From Shigella phage JK32, in sequence record MK962753.1: a DNA stretch of 64,000 bases; one strand, 5' to 3'. The stretch's first letter is position 1. The number at the start of each line of letters is the position of its first letter. Shown here in pieces: positions 1 to 8,898 of this stretch. Made by a program: the position numbers and the translations under genes. A model generated the notes under the pieces. The model was not told the DNA's origin. It saw only the letters and a program-made list of their open reading frames with translations, and did no database searches.

Positions 1-169
1 ATAGAGTCAAATGCATCAAAAAGACACATGAGACTGATAATGAACATAACCGTATTTTCTACGATATCCCACGTCTTCGCATCAGTACAGATCCCCCAAA
101 CGGTAAGAAATGCAAATAGTGCAGAAGAGATCACAAGCATGATACTTGCTAAGATATAAAAAGTCATTT

Positions 170-364
170 TCATGGTTTTACCTCAATTTTTCGATATTCA
201 TCACACATCCACGCAGTAAGCAAGAATCCCAGCACATAAGCAACAAAATACGTTAATGCTTCTTCTGGTTTCGTGCTATGTATCATCAGTAAACCAGCGA
301 GAAAGGTCTTAACAATTACATTTAAAATAATTAGCCACGCAAATAATTTCATCGTTTGCCCCAT
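170..364 (-). CDS. hypothetical small membrane protein
   Basis: 64-aa ORF with hydrophobic segments; no recognisable motif. Confidence 0.35.
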   Translation of the reverse strand: MGQTMKLFAWLIILNVIVKTFLAGLLMIHSTKPEEALTYFVAYVLGFLLTAWMCDEYRKIEVKP

Positions 365-588
365 TTCGGTCGAGCCTTTTCAAACTTATACATTCCGTAA
401 CAATCTCGAATCATCCACGTAACAAGAGCACCAGTCAACACAGACAATACACAGAAGAAGTAAAACGGTCCGGTTGCATTATCAACATGAGCAAGCCATG
501 TAAAGAAAACACATGCAAGGAACGTGAAGAACATCATAAAGCACAAGAAAGCAAAATATTTTATACTACTCATAGCGCCACCATACAA
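349..588 (-). CDS. hypothetical small membrane protein
   Basis: 79-aa ORF, mostly hydrophobic (FAFLCFMMFFTFLACVFF). Confidence 0.35.
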   Translation of the reverse strand: MYGGAMSSIKYFAFLCFMMFFTFLACVFFTWLAHVDNATGPFYFFCVLSVLTGALVTWMIRDCYGMYKFEKARPKWGKR

Positions 589-676
589 CAGATCACAAGA
601 AACCCCAACGCAATAAGAATTTCATCAAATTTAGTGAACTCCGGTCCACCTATCAACATCATTCGTTCCTGTTCAT

Positions 677-919
677 TCATAGATCACAGAGCCATCTGAA
701 AGCACCACATAAAGCGAGCAGAATACTAGGTATAAACGAGACTAAAACAAGACTACAAAAATCATCTAAGGTAACGCCGGAATAGCTACCTACTGTAACA
801 ACACCGATTATCAGACACAGAAAGAAAACAAATGCAACCAGAAACAAAGTATTGCTAAACAGTTTAGTGATCATTAGACACCCCACGACGATCAATTTCA
901 AAAACTTTTTTATCATCAA
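677..919 (-). CDS. hypothetical small membrane protein
   Basis: 80-aa hydrophobic ORF; overlaps next gene by 56 nt so true start is uncertain. Confidence 0.3.
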   Translation of the reverse strand: MMIKKFLKLIVVGCLMITKLFSNTLFLVAFVFFLCLIIGVVTVGSYSGVTLDDFCSLVLVSFIPSILLALCGAFRWLCDL

Positions 920-1067
920 CGAAGCATGTCACAACTGCCTCGTTGACTTCCGCAAATTGTTGTGTTACCCACTTAAGGTCAGAGCGAAACAATGTTCTAT
1001 TAATAACAAATGTTTTACCGCTCTTATCCTTACCCATAAATTTTGCTTTAACCATATCCAATTCCAT
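864..1067 (-). CDS. hypothetical protein
   Basis: 67-aa ORF preceded by AAGGTGA Shine-Dalgarno. Confidence 0.4.
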   Translation of the reverse strand: MELDMVKAKFMGKDKSGKTFVINRTLFRSDLKWVTQQFAEVNEAVVTCFVDDKKVFEIDRRGVSNDH

Positions 1068-1076
1068 ATTATCACC

Positions 1077-1235
1077 TTATTTGCTAATCGCTAAACCCAA
1101 TCCGAAGAGAGCACCCGATGCTACAGTATACCCGAAAGTTTCAAAGGCAGTAAAGATATCTAAGCCGCCAGCTAACAGAGTTGCAGTAAACAGAGTACCA
1201 GCTACGAAAATAAAAGTTTTACCGATAAATTTCAT
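1077..1235 (-). CDS. hypothetical small membrane protein (about 52 aa, below the ORF-track cutoff)
   Basis: Read by eye on minus strand: AGGAGAATCAAA-ATG then MKFIGKTFIFVAGTLFTATLLAGGLDIF...; same RBS context as the gene starting at 1676. Confidence 0.4.
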   Translation of the reverse strand: MKFIGKTFIFVAGTLFTATLLAGGLDIFTAFETFGYTVASGALFGLGLAISK

Positions 1236-1266
1236 TTTGATTCTCCTTTCGTTTGTTTGTGGGGGT

Positions 1267-1295
1267 ATCTTACTACCCCCGTTTCATGTTGTCAA
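1267..1295 (-). promoter_or_regulatory. sigma70-like promoter candidate (TTGACA-17-TAAGAT)
   Basis: Minus strand reads TTGACA, 17-nt spacer, TAAGAT, upstream of the 52-aa gene. Confidence 0.35.
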
Positions 1296-1301
1296 CTATT
1301 T

Positions 1302-1676
1302 TTAAGAATATTTTACTTCGTCTACAATGTCTTTCATGACATTGATTTCCATTCCGGTCAGAACACGTTGGAACATGTGCTGCACATACGCTTTCAGGTA
1401 TTCATTTGATGGCTTACTATCGAAAGTCTTTTTAGTGTAGTAGTCATCACCGAAAGCTACTGTAATTACATTTTCGTCGTCGTTCCAAGCGATATAAGCA
1501 AATTTGCCGTTATCCCAGAAGCGAGCACTAATTGCTACTTTTGTTGAATCGAATCCTACTTCGCTGTGAGATTCAAGAACTACTTGTGTGCCAGTTTCTT
1601 TATGAATGTAGTAGCGGGATACTAAGTCAAAGTTACGGGTGTAGTGACATTCGAATTTATCTTTAAACATCATCAT
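1302..1676 (-). CDS. hypothetical protein (start reassigned to internal MMMF)
   Basis: ORF track gives 1302..1745, but the AGGAGA RBS lies just before the MMMFKDK start at 1676 and the upstream ATG falls inside a terminator T-run. Confidence 0.45.
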   Translation of the reverse strand: MMMFKDKFECHYTRNFDLVSRYYIHKETGTQVVLESHSEVGFDSTKVAISARFWDNGKFAYIAWNDDENVITVAFGDDYYTKKTFDSKPSNEYLKAYVQHMFQRVLTGMEINVMKDIVDEVKYS

Positions 1677-1713
1677 TTTGATTCTCCTAAGTGTGTTTCG
1701 TTTCGATATGTGC

Positions 1714-1742
1714 ATTATGCTATAGTCGTTTATGGTTGTCAA
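1714..1742 (-). promoter_or_regulatory. sigma70-like promoter (TTGACA-17-CATAAT)
   Basis: Minus strand reads GGTGTTGACAA, 17-nt spacer, CATAAT, about 35 nt upstream of the RBS of gene 1302..1676. Confidence 0.5.
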
Positions 1743-1746
1743 CACC

Positions 1747-1778
1747 TAAAAACAAAAAAACCCCGAAAAATTTTCGGG
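1747..1778 (-). terminator. rho-independent terminator
   Basis: CCCCGAAAA/TTTTCGGGG hairpin followed on minus strand by a long T-run, just past the 3' end of the 57B-like gene. Confidence 0.6.
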
Positions 1779-1786
1779 GTATAAAA

Positions 1787-2257
1787 TTACAGTTTGGTCG
1801 TCCACTCCAGGTCTAGATCTTCGACATACTCATGAGATCGGACAATCTCTAAATCGAACTCTAGGTCAGTGCCAAATTTACGCGCACCAACATCATAAGA
1901 AAGCGTGATATGCGGTACATATTCAGGATAATCCCACGTCGCACCTAAAGCAGTTCCGATATCGTGTCTGAATTGCATGTAGTCGCTTTCAAATGCCAGC
2001 ACAAGCGCATTAGTACCGGATTGAGTTTCAAACACTTTCAGATGGCATAGAGAGCCTAAAAACTTTTCACCCTCTTCTGGGATAAACGGAACATAGACAC
2101 GAGAATATAAGATAGTGCTATGCAGTTTATCACGAGGAACGGCATTAGGCAGATCGTAGAACTCCTGCAATTTTTCAATGCGGTCTAGTGTATCCTCAGT
2201 GAATTTAACAGCCGCATATGTACCTTTAACGGATTCTCGAAACGGGGTCATAATCAA
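1787..2257 (-). CDS. 57B: 2H-phosphoesterase-like protein, positional equivalent of T4 57B (Acb1-like)
   Basis: 156 aa; two H-x-[ST]-x motifs (HSTIL and HITLS) typical of 2H phosphoesterases; sits upstream of the 57A/1/3 cluster as in T4. Confidence 0.55.
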   Translation of the reverse strand: MIMTPFRESVKGTYAAVKFTEDTLDRIEKLQEFYDLPNAVPRDKLHSTILYSRVYVPFIPEEGEKFLGSLCHLKVFETQSGTNALVLAFESDYMQFRHDIGTALGATWDYPEYVPHITLSYDVGARKFGTDLEFDLEIVRSHEYVEDLDLEWTTKL

Positions 2258-2520
2258 GCCTCCGTGATCAGTTCTACTTCCTCTTTATCGTCTTCCACTG
2301 CTTCGTCTTTAGGGAGAAGTGCTTTTACTTCTTCGACAATAGCATCAAGGGAAACAGTGCCGTTTTCGTCTGGCTGAATACCCAGAATGCGTACCAGTTC
2401 CATCAATACACGCTCACGATCTTTCAGTTGGCCTTCTAAGAATGCGGCCTTTTCTTGAGTGTCAAACAGACGTACTTTCAGGACATTAATCATTTGTTCA
2501 TGCTGATTGGACATATTCAC
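2254..2520 (-). CDS. 57A: small acidic protein, positional equivalent of T4 57A (fiber-assembly chaperone)
   Basis: 88 aa, coiled-coil-like and acidic; position between 57B-like and gene 1; 4-nt start/stop overlap. Confidence 0.4.
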   Translation of the reverse strand: MNMSNQHEQMINVLKVRLFDTQEKAAFLEGQLKDRERVLMELVRILGIQPDENGTVSLDAIVEEVKALLPKDEAVEDDKEEVELITEA

Positions 2521-2546
2521 ATCTCCTACTTGTTGATAACTTTTTA

Positions 2547-3203
2547 TTAAATGTTCGCGAGAATCGCGCTTTCAAATTCTTCTAATGTACCATTATTTAT
2601 GATAATGGTTTCACCGTCAATAGGCAAAATTCCTTTTTCGGTGGAGTGAGTCGATACAATACCAGTATCACGCTGAATATGCAACACCTTAGCACCCATA
2701 GCACGCACGAGAGCAATTTCAATAGGCTGACGCACATCAACCACTACAAAATAACCTTCTTCATTTTTGCGCTTCATAAACTCATTCACGAAGAGATTAC
2801 ACCAATAAAGCGGATTGATCAAGTTAACCATTATATCAGTACCGAGAGTGGTTAACATGAGACGAATAGACCAGACGTTATTATGTTTTTCGCCGATCTC
2901 ATTAACAACCTTGTAAATCTCAGCCAGACGATCACAAGTAAAGGAACTACCGCCATACTTCGAATCTAGCATAAGCAGACACTGAATAAACCACTTATGC
3001 GCGGTATAGGTATCAATACCTAGATCGGCTTCTCTGTCACGCCCTAACCCGTCAAAGTCAAGATAAGTCAGACCTAAGTCTGGTTGACATTCGCACAATA
3101 TTTCTTTGATCGGTGCTGCCAGTTGATAACTATGTCCATCAATGATTAACGCGGCAGTGTCTTTTCCTACTCGCTTTTTACCACAAAGTGCAATCAATTT
3201 CAT
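2547..3203 (-). CDS. 1: deoxynucleoside monophosphate kinase
   Basis: 218 aa; N-terminal P-loop-like MKLIALCGKKRVGKDT resembling T4 gp1; position. Confidence 0.65.
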   Translation of the reverse strand: MKLIALCGKKRVGKDTAALIIDGHSYQLAAPIKEILCECQPDLGLTYLDFDGLGRDREADLGIDTYTAHKWFIQCLLMLDSKYGGSSFTCDRLAEIYKVVNEIGEKHNNVWSIRLMLTTLGTDIMVNLINPLYWCNLFVNEFMKRKNEEGYFVVVDVRQPIEIALVRAMGAKVLHIQRDTGIVSTHSTEKGILPIDGETIIINNGTLEEFESAILANI

Positions 3204-3218
3204 TATATAAGCCTCTTA

Positions 3219-3809
3219 TTACTTTCTAAAAGCAGGGTGCATAGCTTTAATACCTTCCACTCGCTGACGATCCGCCGCCTGAATTGCAGGGCGAGGAACG
3301 ATCAGTTGACCATCACGTTCAATGCTCATTGTTTTAAATGGAAGAATTGCAGTACATACCAGAGATTCATGCATATCATCGGTGTATGTTAACTCAAGTT
3401 CCCCCAATTGTGAACACCAACAACCATAAAAGTTAAAGGTGCATACAATATTGCGGCGTTCATTGTCCATCATGTGAACTTGAACGGCTTCCGGCATTGA
3501 ATCCTTCCACGCAGTGGAGTTACCGTTATTGTAGTCTACTATAGAAAGCATCCATGTGTAAAGGTTTAGATAGCTTTCCAAATGCTCATCAACGATAAAC
3601 CGGACTACCAACGGGTCAAACTCTACATGACTAGACGGATAATCAGCAACCGCCAAACCATATTGACCAGCAACTTGCTTAGTCGGTGGAATGGTTATAG
3701 CCGGAAGTGTAACACCTTGACAGTTTAAAGTAAAGCCTTTTGTTAGTTGACCATCTGGAATGGCAATCTGCCAGTTGCTAGGGTTAGCATAGTTAAAGAG
3801 ATTAGACAT
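3219..3809 (-). CDS. 3: tail completion / sheath stabilizer protein
   Basis: 196 aa; placed between gene 1 and gene 2 as in T4. Confidence 0.5.
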   Translation of the reverse strand: MSNLFNYANPSNWQIAIPDGQLTKGFTLNCQGVTLPAITIPPTKQVAGQYGLAVADYPSSHVEFDPLVVRFIVDEHLESYLNLYTWMLSIVDYNNGNSTAWKDSMPEAVQVHMMDNERRNIVCTFNFYGCWCSQLGELELTYTDDMHESLVCTAILPFKTMSIERDGQLIVPRPAIQAADRQRVEGIKAMHPAFRK

Positions 3810-3889
3810 TACTGATTCCTCAAATGAAAATATTTATTAACAATTGTCGCTTTGCGACGTGCCGGAGGCACTGACTACTTTTTAACCGA

Positions 3890-3943
3890 AACAAATTTTT
3901 TATTATTCTAAAGATCTTTCTTCGTTTTGGTTATGTTTTAACC
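3890..3943. repeat. intergenic repeat copy A
   Basis: Same motif family as 44481..44540 and 44631..44690, in the divergent region between gene 3 and ORF 4000. Confidence 0.6.
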
Positions 3944-3999
3944 AATAACTATATTTTTATACAGTAATAAATAAAACGGGTACTATACGAGGACTTCTT

Positions 4000-4254
4000 A
4001 TGACAGAAGACATTTTGTTAAAACTCTATGATCGTTTGGATAACGAATTAGCAACATTGCGGGGTGAAGTTCTCTATTTGTCTAAATGCAATACAGATCT
4101 GCTTAAGCAGATTGCAGAAAGGGATGATCAAATAAAATCCCTTTCTGGTGCATTACGTGATCGCGACAAGGCATTAGAGATTTTACAGCGTGTTACCAAT
4201 AAGGAAGAATTAAAAGACTTCTTACATGGTTATGCTCATGCTATCGATCTATAA
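4000..4254 (+). CDS. hypothetical coiled-coil protein (opposite strand to its neighbours)
   Basis: 84-aa ORF, heptad-like charged sequence; AT-rich upstream region with repeated motif. Confidence 0.35.
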   Translation: MTEDILLKLYDRLDNELATLRGEVLYLSKCNTDLLKQIAERDDQIKSLSGALRDRDKALEILQRVTNKEELKDFLHGYAHAIDL

Positions 4255-4262
4255 TAAAAAAG

Positions 4263-4288
4263 CCCGTCATTGACGGGCTTAATTGTAT
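4263..4288. terminator. hairpin terminator, A-run one side and T-rich the other
   Basis: AGCCCGTCATTGACGGGCT hairpin between the convergent 84-aa ORF and gene 2. Confidence 0.5.
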
Positions 4289-4293
4289 GTAGT

Positions 4294-5121
4294 TTAAAAC
4301 AGTTTCCAGACTTTTCGAGCGTCGTATTTCTTGCCTTTTGACATAAACTGATAAACGGGCATCATTATGATATTGTGCCAGTCCTTCGGGGCGATCTCGA
4401 TCATCTTGGTTTGGATGTGTCCTGGTAAGTATGCTTTAATCATGTGGTCGCTTCCACGCATACCTTTTACATCGCTCCATTTGATTTTTAAGCGCGTTTT
4501 ATTGCTTAGGGTAGGTGTAGTAGCATATTGCTTTAAAAGTGCCTCTAAGAACTGTTGACGAGCTTTAGGTGGGGCATAGTGCAAGTTCAAGCCTAGCATA
4601 ATCGTATTACCCGCTTTACTCTTCCCTTCCCCTAGACAGATAATCAAAGGAAATCGATCGTAGAAAGGCAAAGAATCCTTATATTTTGGGTCATATGCAT
4701 AGGTATAGATCCGACCTACTTGTGGTTTTACTACCTGATGGCCTTTTACTCCCGCCTTAATAGTCTTCATAAACCATTCTTGCGATTTCTCTTTAGGCCG
4801 ACTCACTTTAGCCGTTTTGGTAAGAGACGCACGAAAATCATTAATAAGCATCATTGCTCGTTGTTGCTTGTTTAATCCTTTTGGGCTTTTACCCTTTAAC
4901 CGTGCAATCTCAATTGCTTGTTTAATCTCTCCTGAATAACGAGACATACTCTTAGTGAATGTTGTATAGGGTATTCCTTTTTCTTGAGCAAAGGCTTTAG
5001 CTGTCATGCCTTTGGCTTTTGCTTTAGAGAACTCTACGCCCAGATCAATCCACTGTTTAGCCTTTCTTTGTTGTGGCGTTTGCTTAACGTCTTCTTCTGT
5101 GATTATTTCAAATACGCTCAT
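4294..5121 (-). CDS. 2: DNA end protector protein
   Basis: 275 aa (T4 gp2 is about 274 aa); basic; position between 3 and 4. Confidence 0.6.
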   Translation of the reverse strand: MSVFEIITEEDVKQTPQQRKAKQWIDLGVEFSKAKAKGMTAKAFAQEKGIPYTTFTKSMSRYSGEIKQAIEIARLKGKSPKGLNKQQRAMMLINDFRASLTKTAKVSRPKEKSQEWFMKTIKAGVKGHQVVKPQVGRIYTYAYDPKYKDSLPFYDRFPLIICLGEGKSKAGNTIMLGLNLHYAPPKARQQFLEALLKQYATTPTLSNKTRLKIKWSDVKGMRGSDHMIKAYLPGHIQTKMIEIAPKDWHNIIMMPVYQFMSKGKKYDARKVWKLF

Positions 5122-5132
5122 AATATTATCCT

Positions 5133-5609
5133 CTATTTGTTAAGCCCTTTAAAACCGAATACTTTCTTTAATGCATGTTCGGTTATGATCTTAAACTCCA
5201 TGTTATGCTTTTGGCATAAATCAACCGCAGCTTTCCATTTTTCTGTGTTCACTGTGTAGGTGTAACACTCTTGCATATATCTTTGCTTAGTCTTAGTGGT
5301 TATTCTTTTTGGCTTTTGTGGTGGTATTGTCTCTTTTGCTGGTTTTACTTCCCATAAAAACTCTTTGCCATCTACAAACTTCACCCAAAAATCCATATGA
5401 TATTTTCTGGATCGTTTATCTGCGCTAGACCAGTAAGGTATAATCACACATTCAGAGTTCCATTTAGCCACGCTAGGACTACGATCCAAAAATTTCATTA
5501 TGTGCAACTCCCAGCTTGACCGATACGTGATCTTGTGCAAGTTATTCCCTTTGTACTTCTCAGGATTTTCCGGCTTATACTTGCCCTTGTAAGTGTTAGA
5601 TCCTCCCAT
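5133..5609 (-). CDS. 4: head completion protein with PD-(D/E)XK-like nuclease motifs
   Basis: 158 aa; motifs RSSWEL ... DFWVKF ... EVKP; position next to divergent gene 53. Confidence 0.6.
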   Translation of the reverse strand: MGGSNTYKGKYKPENPEKYKGNNLHKITYRSSWELHIMKFLDRSPSVAKWNSECVIIPYWSSADKRSRKYHMDFWVKFVDGKEFLWEVKPAKETIPPQKPKRITTKTKQRYMQECYTYTVNTEKWKAAVDLCQKHNMEFKIITEHALKKVFGFKGLNK

Positions 5610-5624
5610 TTTAGCACCCTTTAT

Positions 5625-5632
5625 TATAAATA
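5625..5632 (+). promoter_or_regulatory. T4-type late promoter TATAAATA
   Basis: Exact TATAAATA about 33 nt upstream of the gene 53 start. Confidence 0.55.
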
Positions 5633-5664
5633 CATAATACTATTTATCAATTGAGGGTGCTAAA

Positions 5665-6219
5665 ATGCTCTTTTCTTTCTTCCCTGCCATTGAATACAAC
5701 GGCAAGATGATTACTGACATTGTGCGCAATTACCGCGCATATTTCAATGCAATAATTTCTGATTATAACATACAAACATATTACATTCAAGGTAGTCCAC
5801 GACCGGAACAAGTTGCATATGAAGTATACGGAAACCAACAACTTTACTGGATCTTGCTGATGCTTAATGACGTATACGATCCGTTCCATGACTGGATCAC
5901 CGATCAAGAGACAGCATATGAATCAGCCGAACAACGATATGCAAATGTAGGAGGAAATCAAGTATTATACCACGTTGATATTGACGGAAACAAGTATTGG
6001 AATCTTACCGAATATCCGAAAGGATCAAGCAATTGGTATGATAAAGGGGATATTCATCACCGTTATTTGCAGTTTCAGGGTGCATTATCGGCAGTAGACA
6101 CACTGGAAGATGCGATCCTCCGTAATGAGGAACGACGCAAGATCAAGATCATAGATCCTACACAAATTAAACAATTTATTAACGCATTCATTCGAGAAAT
6201 GGAAAAGGCTGATGTGTAA
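5665..6219 (+). CDS. 53: baseplate wedge protein
   Basis: 184 aa; immediately upstream of gene 5 as in T4. Confidence 0.6.
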   Translation: MLFSFFPAIEYNGKMITDIVRNYRAYFNAIISDYNIQTYYIQGSPRPEQVAYEVYGNQQLYWILLMLNDVYDPFHDWITDQETAYESAEQRYANVGGNQVLYHVDIDGNKYWNLTEYPKGSSNWYDKGDIHHRYLQFQGALSAVDTLEDAILRNEERRKIKIIDPTQIKQFINAFIREMEKADV

Positions 6220-6230
6220 GGTGATTAATT

Positions 6231-8030
6231 ATGCTAATGTTTAATAACTCCGTTAAATGGTTTACCGGAATTGTAGAAAACAGGGAAGACCCATTAATGC
6301 TGGGGCGCGTTCAGGTTAGGATTCATGGTATACATCCTTCGCTATCCGCACATGGTGACATTCAAGGTCTTCCAACCGAAGATCTATTATGGATCACGCC
6401 AGTACAAGATATTACAAGCGCGGCGATCTCCGGTATAGGTCAAAGCCCTACTGGTATTGTTGAAGGTTCAATGGTATTTGGTTTGGCTTTAGATGAACGT
6501 TATTTAAACTGCGTTATTCTGGGTACTATTGCCGGACAATATACAGAGAAACCACTCACTACAGAGGGTTTTTGCGACCCTTCTGGTGCATATCCTCGTT
6601 ATATTGGTAATGATGTTAATATTCTTGCTCGTGGCGGTATTAACCCAGAAACCGGACAAACAACAAAACCTGATAGTGTCTATATTCGAGATGAAAACAC
6701 TGGAGTTGCAGTAAATCCAGACGACGAGCCATTAGACCAAATTCCGGTTGATGATAATCCTGATTTTACAATAGAAAAAATGCTGCGGGGCGATGAGGGA
6801 TATCGCGAGAAATGGTATCTTGATTCAGAAGGATATCCGACAATAGGCATCGGGCATTTGATCATTTATAAGAAAACCAGTGATCTTGGTATTATCAATA
6901 ATGAACTTTCTAAGCTGGTAGGGCGTGAAGTTACAAACGGAAGACTTACCGCCGAAGAAGTTAGTAAAGTATTTGCCGACGATATAGAAAAGACTCGTCG
7001 TGATATGCGCAAACATCCACGAATTGCACCTGTCTATAATAAATGTAATGCCTCACGTCGTATGGCATTAGAAAATATGGCGTTTCAAATGGGTGTTGGT
7101 GGATTGGGTAAATTTAAGAATAGTCTTGCTGCGATGTTAGCGGAAGAATGGAAACAAGCCTATGATGGATTACGTCAATCGGTATGGGCTAACCAAACTC
7201 CAGGACGCTCCAGTCGTGTTTCTAAAATTATTTTAACTGGTAACTTAGAATCATATGGCGTAATTGCTCCAAAGAAAGAGGAATCAATTTCGGATGATCC
7301 GCGAGCACGTTTAAGAAATGCCCGTATTGCTGCCTATAAGACGCAGAGAGCAGAAGAAGACCCAGAAGCACCGTTTACCCCACAAGACACACGAATCATG
7401 TTTAAAGAGCCTAAGAGTTCGTATTCTGCGAGGTATCCTTATAACCATGTGTACGAGTCAGAGAGCGGTCATATTATCGAGATTGATGATACTCCTTCTC
7501 ATGAGCGATATCATCGTAAACATCCTTCTGGTACATTTGAAGAAACCAGACCGGACGGAACGAGGGTAGAAAAGATTGAAGGCGATGATTATCTGATCGT
7601 TAAACAAGGCCGGAAAGTAAACGTTAAAGGCAATCTGCAAGTTGTTGTTGAAGGTGACGCGCAAGTTTATTATATGGGTAATGTGATGCAAACCGTTGAT
7701 GGTAACGTCACTGAATTTATTCGTGGCAATGTTAATCAGACCGTTGAAGGTACTGCTAACATGCATGTTGTCGGTGATGTTATCGCACAGCTTGACGCTA
7801 ATTTGACGGCTAATGTCAAAGGTAATGCTGAATTAATGATCGAGGGTAACACTACAGAGACAATTAAAGGTAACTATGATTTAACCGTTGAGGGTAATTT
7901 TAATATGACCGTCAATGGCACTAAATCAGATCAGGTTAATGGTGACTGGTCCCGTAATTGTGGTGCAAGCGTTAAAGATATTGCATCTGGTACAGTTAAA
8001 ATTGATGGTAGCCGTATTGATCTTGGGTGA
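6231..8030 (+). CDS. 5: baseplate central spike with lysozyme domain
   Basis: 599 aa; T4-lysozyme-like motif EGYPTIGIGHL in the middle; C-terminal VxGxxxxx beta-helix repeats. Confidence 0.85.
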   Translation: MLMFNNSVKWFTGIVENREDPLMLGRVQVRIHGIHPSLSAHGDIQGLPTEDLLWITPVQDITSAAISGIGQSPTGIVEGSMVFGLALDERYLNCVILGTIAGQYTEKPLTTEGFCDPSGAYPRYIGNDVNILARGGINPETGQTTKPDSVYIRDENTGVAVNPDDEPLDQIPVDDNPDFTIEKMLRGDEGYREKWYLDSEGYPTIGIGHLIIYKKTSDLGIINNELSKLVGREVTNGRLTAEEVSKVFADDIEKTRRDMRKHPRIAPVYNKCNASRRMALENMAFQMGVGGLGKFKNSLAAMLAEEWKQAYDGLRQSVWANQTPGRSSRVSKIILTGNLESYGVIAPKKEESISDDPRARLRNARIAAYKTQRAEEDPEAPFTPQDTRIMFKEPKSSYSARYPYNHVYESESGHIIEIDDTPSHERYHRKHPSGTFEETRPDGTRVEKIEGDDYLIVKQGRKVNVKGNLQVVVEGDAQVYYMGNVMQTVDGNVTEFIRGNVNQTVEGTANMHVVGDVIAQLDANLTANVKGNAELMIEGNTTETIKGNYDLTVEGNFNMTVNGTKSDQVNGDWSRNCGASVKDIASGTVKIDGSRIDLG

Positions 8031-8038
8031 GGTAACTA

Positions 8039-8605
8039 ATGGTTGAAATTCTTCCGATGAGTTCAAAATTGGAGGATATCAGCGAGCGAGAAATCTTTGA
8101 GGTGGTGTTCTCTTATAAAGCAACGCCACCGGATGCAAATACCACATACACGATTAAAGAGTTTAAGATCAGCGAGTATCGCCCTAATAAGGGCGTTACC
8201 GTTGAAGAAACTAAAATATCTGGTGAGTATCTGGATAGTTTTTCGCTTGGCGCGGATTCTCTTAAATATATAACGAAAGATCGAATTAAAAAATCTGCCG
8301 GAAGTTTTGATGATTTACCAGATCCAACTACCGCAGATCTATATTATTTTAACGCTCCTACACGTCTACAGGAGGTTTATACTTATAAAGTAACCCTAAC
8401 CTATATCCAATCTGTTTCAGAGTCTTCTGGTGGTTCCGGTGAAGGAAATAGTGGTGGTTCCAATAGCCGAGAGGGTGCTGGTGAAACTAATCCGCCTCCG
8501 GTAGTAACCGAGCACACAATAGAGAAAGTTTATACTCAAACCGTTTTTGGAAATTGGGACGTGTGGGCGCAGCAACTAAGAGATTATGTACATAGGGGTG
8601 TTTAA
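8039..8605 (+). CDS. hypothetical baseplate-associated protein (gp5.1-like position)
   Basis: 188 aa with Gly/Ser-rich segment; between gene 5 and the PAAR gene. Confidence 0.35.
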   Translation: MVEILPMSSKLEDISEREIFEVVFSYKATPPDANTTYTIKEFKISEYRPNKGVTVEETKISGEYLDSFSLGADSLKYITKDRIKKSAGSFDDLPDPTTADLYYFNAPTRLQEVYTYKVTLTYIQSVSESSGGSGEGNSGGSNSREGAGETNPPPVVTEHTIEKVYTQTVFGNWDVWAQQLRDYVHRGV

Positions 8606-8898
8606 TGGCTGGATTATCCTACGATAAAGCTAAAACTACAGGGCACGGAAACTACCAACCTACGGTAATTAATGCAACTCAATCTAAGGTATTTGTTGAG
8701 GGTATCCCTGTATTAGTCGAAGGAGACCCAATTACACCACACACAAAAACAACAAAGCCTTATGATACACACGGGGGAACTACGGTCGCCAGTACCCCGA
8801 AAGTATTTGTTACCGGAAAGAAAGCAATTCAAATGGCAGATCGTATTAGCTGTGGCGATACCGTCGCTATGGCATCACCGAAGGTATTCATAAAATGA
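8605..8898 (+). CDS. 5.4: PAAR-repeat spike tip protein
   Basis: 97 aa; beta-rich sequence of the size and position of T4 gp5.4. Confidence 0.55.
   Translation: MAGLSYDKAKTTGHGNYQPTVINATQSKVFVEGIPVLVEGDPITPHTKTTKPYDTHGGTTVASTPKVFVTGKKAIQMADRISCGDTVAMASPKVFIK

Noticed and set aside
852-1305. Plus-strand ORFs 852..1094 and 943..1305
   Set aside because: They are antisense to better-supported minus-strand genes with RBSs (864..1067 and the 52-aa gene at 1077..1235) and show no motifs; likely spurious.
1302-1745. ORF-track start at 1745 for the 147-aa ORF
   Set aside because: That ATG lies within the T-run of the upstream terminator and has no RBS; the internal MMMF start at 1676 has a strong AGGAGA Shine-Dalgarno, so the shorter CDS was used.
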